The notes under the pieces are model-generated. The model searched no databases. It was not told the origin of the DNA and saw only the letters and a list, made by a program, of their open reading frames with translations. Shown here piece after piece: positions 15,421 through 16,129 of a stretch of 16,129 nt of DNA. This DNA comes from a virus: the UHGV virus genome UHGV-0120322; one strand, given 5' to 3'. Numbering within the stretch: the first letter of the stretch is position 1; each line of letters starts with the position of its first letter. A program made the position numbers and the translations under genes.

Positions 15421-15648
15421 ATGGAAGTCAACAAAAAGCAGCTGGCTGACATTTTCGGTGCGAGTATCCGTACCATTCAGAACTGGCAGGAACAGGGAAT
15501 GCCCGTTCTGCGAGGCGGTGGCAAGGGTAATGAGGTGCTTTATGACTCTGCCGCCGTCATAAAATGGTATGCCGAAAGGGATGCTGAAATTGAGAACGAA
15601 AACCCGGCATCTGATGCCGTTAACGATTTGCTGAACACACCAGTGTAA
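15421..15648 (+). pseudogene. Terminase small subunit Nu1, N-terminal ~60 codons only, fused in frame to an unrelated 15-codon tail
   Basis: MEVNKKQLADIFGASIRTIQNWQEQGMPVLRGGGKGNEVLYDSAAVIKWYAERDAEIENE matches lambda Nu1 (winged-helix DNA-binding domain); the remainder NPASDAVNDLLNTPV does not. Confidence 0.85.
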
Positions 15649-15657
15649 GGGATGTTT

Positions 15658-15828
15658 ATGACGAGCAAAGAAACCTTTACCCATTACCAGCCGCTGGGCA
15701 ACAGTGACCCGGCTCATACCGCAACCGCGCCCGGCGGATTGAGTGCGAAAGCGCCTGCAATGACCCCGCTGATGCCGGATAAGTGGTGTGTAAATTCTAG
15801 CCCCATCATCTGTGTTTTTTTTCATTAA
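15658..15828 (+). pseudogene. Head decoration protein D fragment (first ~39 codons of lambda gpD, then unrelated sequence to a stop)
   Basis: [39 protein letters not shown] matches the lambda gpD N-terminus; diverges after PLM. Confidence 0.8.
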
Positions 15829-15893
15829 TTTCACCATGTTATAGTTTTATTTGTGAATTAAATCAATTATGGCAATGAATTACAAGGGGTTAA

Positions 15894-16129
15894 ATGCTGC
15901 CGCAGCATAGCGATATTGAAATAGCCTGGTATGCTTCAATACAGCAGGAGCCGAATGGCTGGAAGACCGTCACCACACAGTTCTACATCCAGGAATTCAG
16001 TGAGTATATTGCGCCACTGCAGGATGCTGTAGATCTGGAAATCGCAACGGAGGAAGAAAGATCGTTGCTGGAAGCCTGAAAAAAGTATCGGGTGCTGCTA
16101 AACCGTGTGGACACTTCCGTAGCACCAGA
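15894..16129 (+). pseudogene. Tail-fibre assembly protein (Tfa family) C-terminal fragment with in-frame TGA at 16077-16079 replacing the conserved Trp; runs off the window end
   Basis: ...[40 protein letters not shown] matches the Tfa C-terminal consensus ([17 protein letters not shown]) apart from the stop. Confidence 0.75.

Noticed and set aside
15322-15837. 171-aa minus-strand ORF across cosB, Nu1 and D fragments
   Set aside because: Antisense to recognisable lambda cos/Nu1/D sequence; spans known non-coding cos DNA
1-16129. CRISPR arrays, insertion sequences, transposase genes, rRNA genes
   Set aside because: No regularly spaced direct repeats, no terminal inverted repeats flanking a transposase-like ORF, and no rRNA-like sequence were seen. 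The interruption of nmpC by an insertion element known from K-12 is absent here

Overview
This window is the left arm and lysis/cos end of a defective, mosaic lambdoid prophage of the DLP12 type, integrated at the 3' end of tRNA-Arg (argU-like; positions 1-34). Leftward (minus strand) genes are a P22/DLP12-type integrase and excisionase, a block of small accessory genes including a TraR/DksA-like zinc finger, and lambda-type orf60a/orf63, exo and bet. At about 4531-4534 a gam C-terminal stub abuts a 5'-truncated replication gene P on the opposite strand, so the whole immunity/replication core (N, cI, cro, cII, O, ori) is missing. Rightward genes are ren, a nin-like region of small ORFs (two adjacent reading frames interrupted by in-frame stops), an AT-rich moron, ybcN, ninE, ybcO, rusA, ylcG and a Q antiterminator (quuD-like). 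Then come a hairpin-rich late regulatory region, an intact antisense porin gene (nmpC-like), a phage-21-type lysis cassette (pinholin, SAR endolysin, Rz/Rz1), a GIY-YIG/T5orf172 moron where lambda carries bor, a ribbon-helix-helix plus DUF1398 pair (ylcI/ybcV-like), an intact lambda-type cos site, and collapsed remnants of Nu1, D and a tail-fibre assembly gene. I see no single unambiguous novel system; the best candidates for undescribed function are the three moron loci (7116-7869, 13164-13652, 14331-15032). All identifications are from reading the sequence and recalled protein families; no database search was run.
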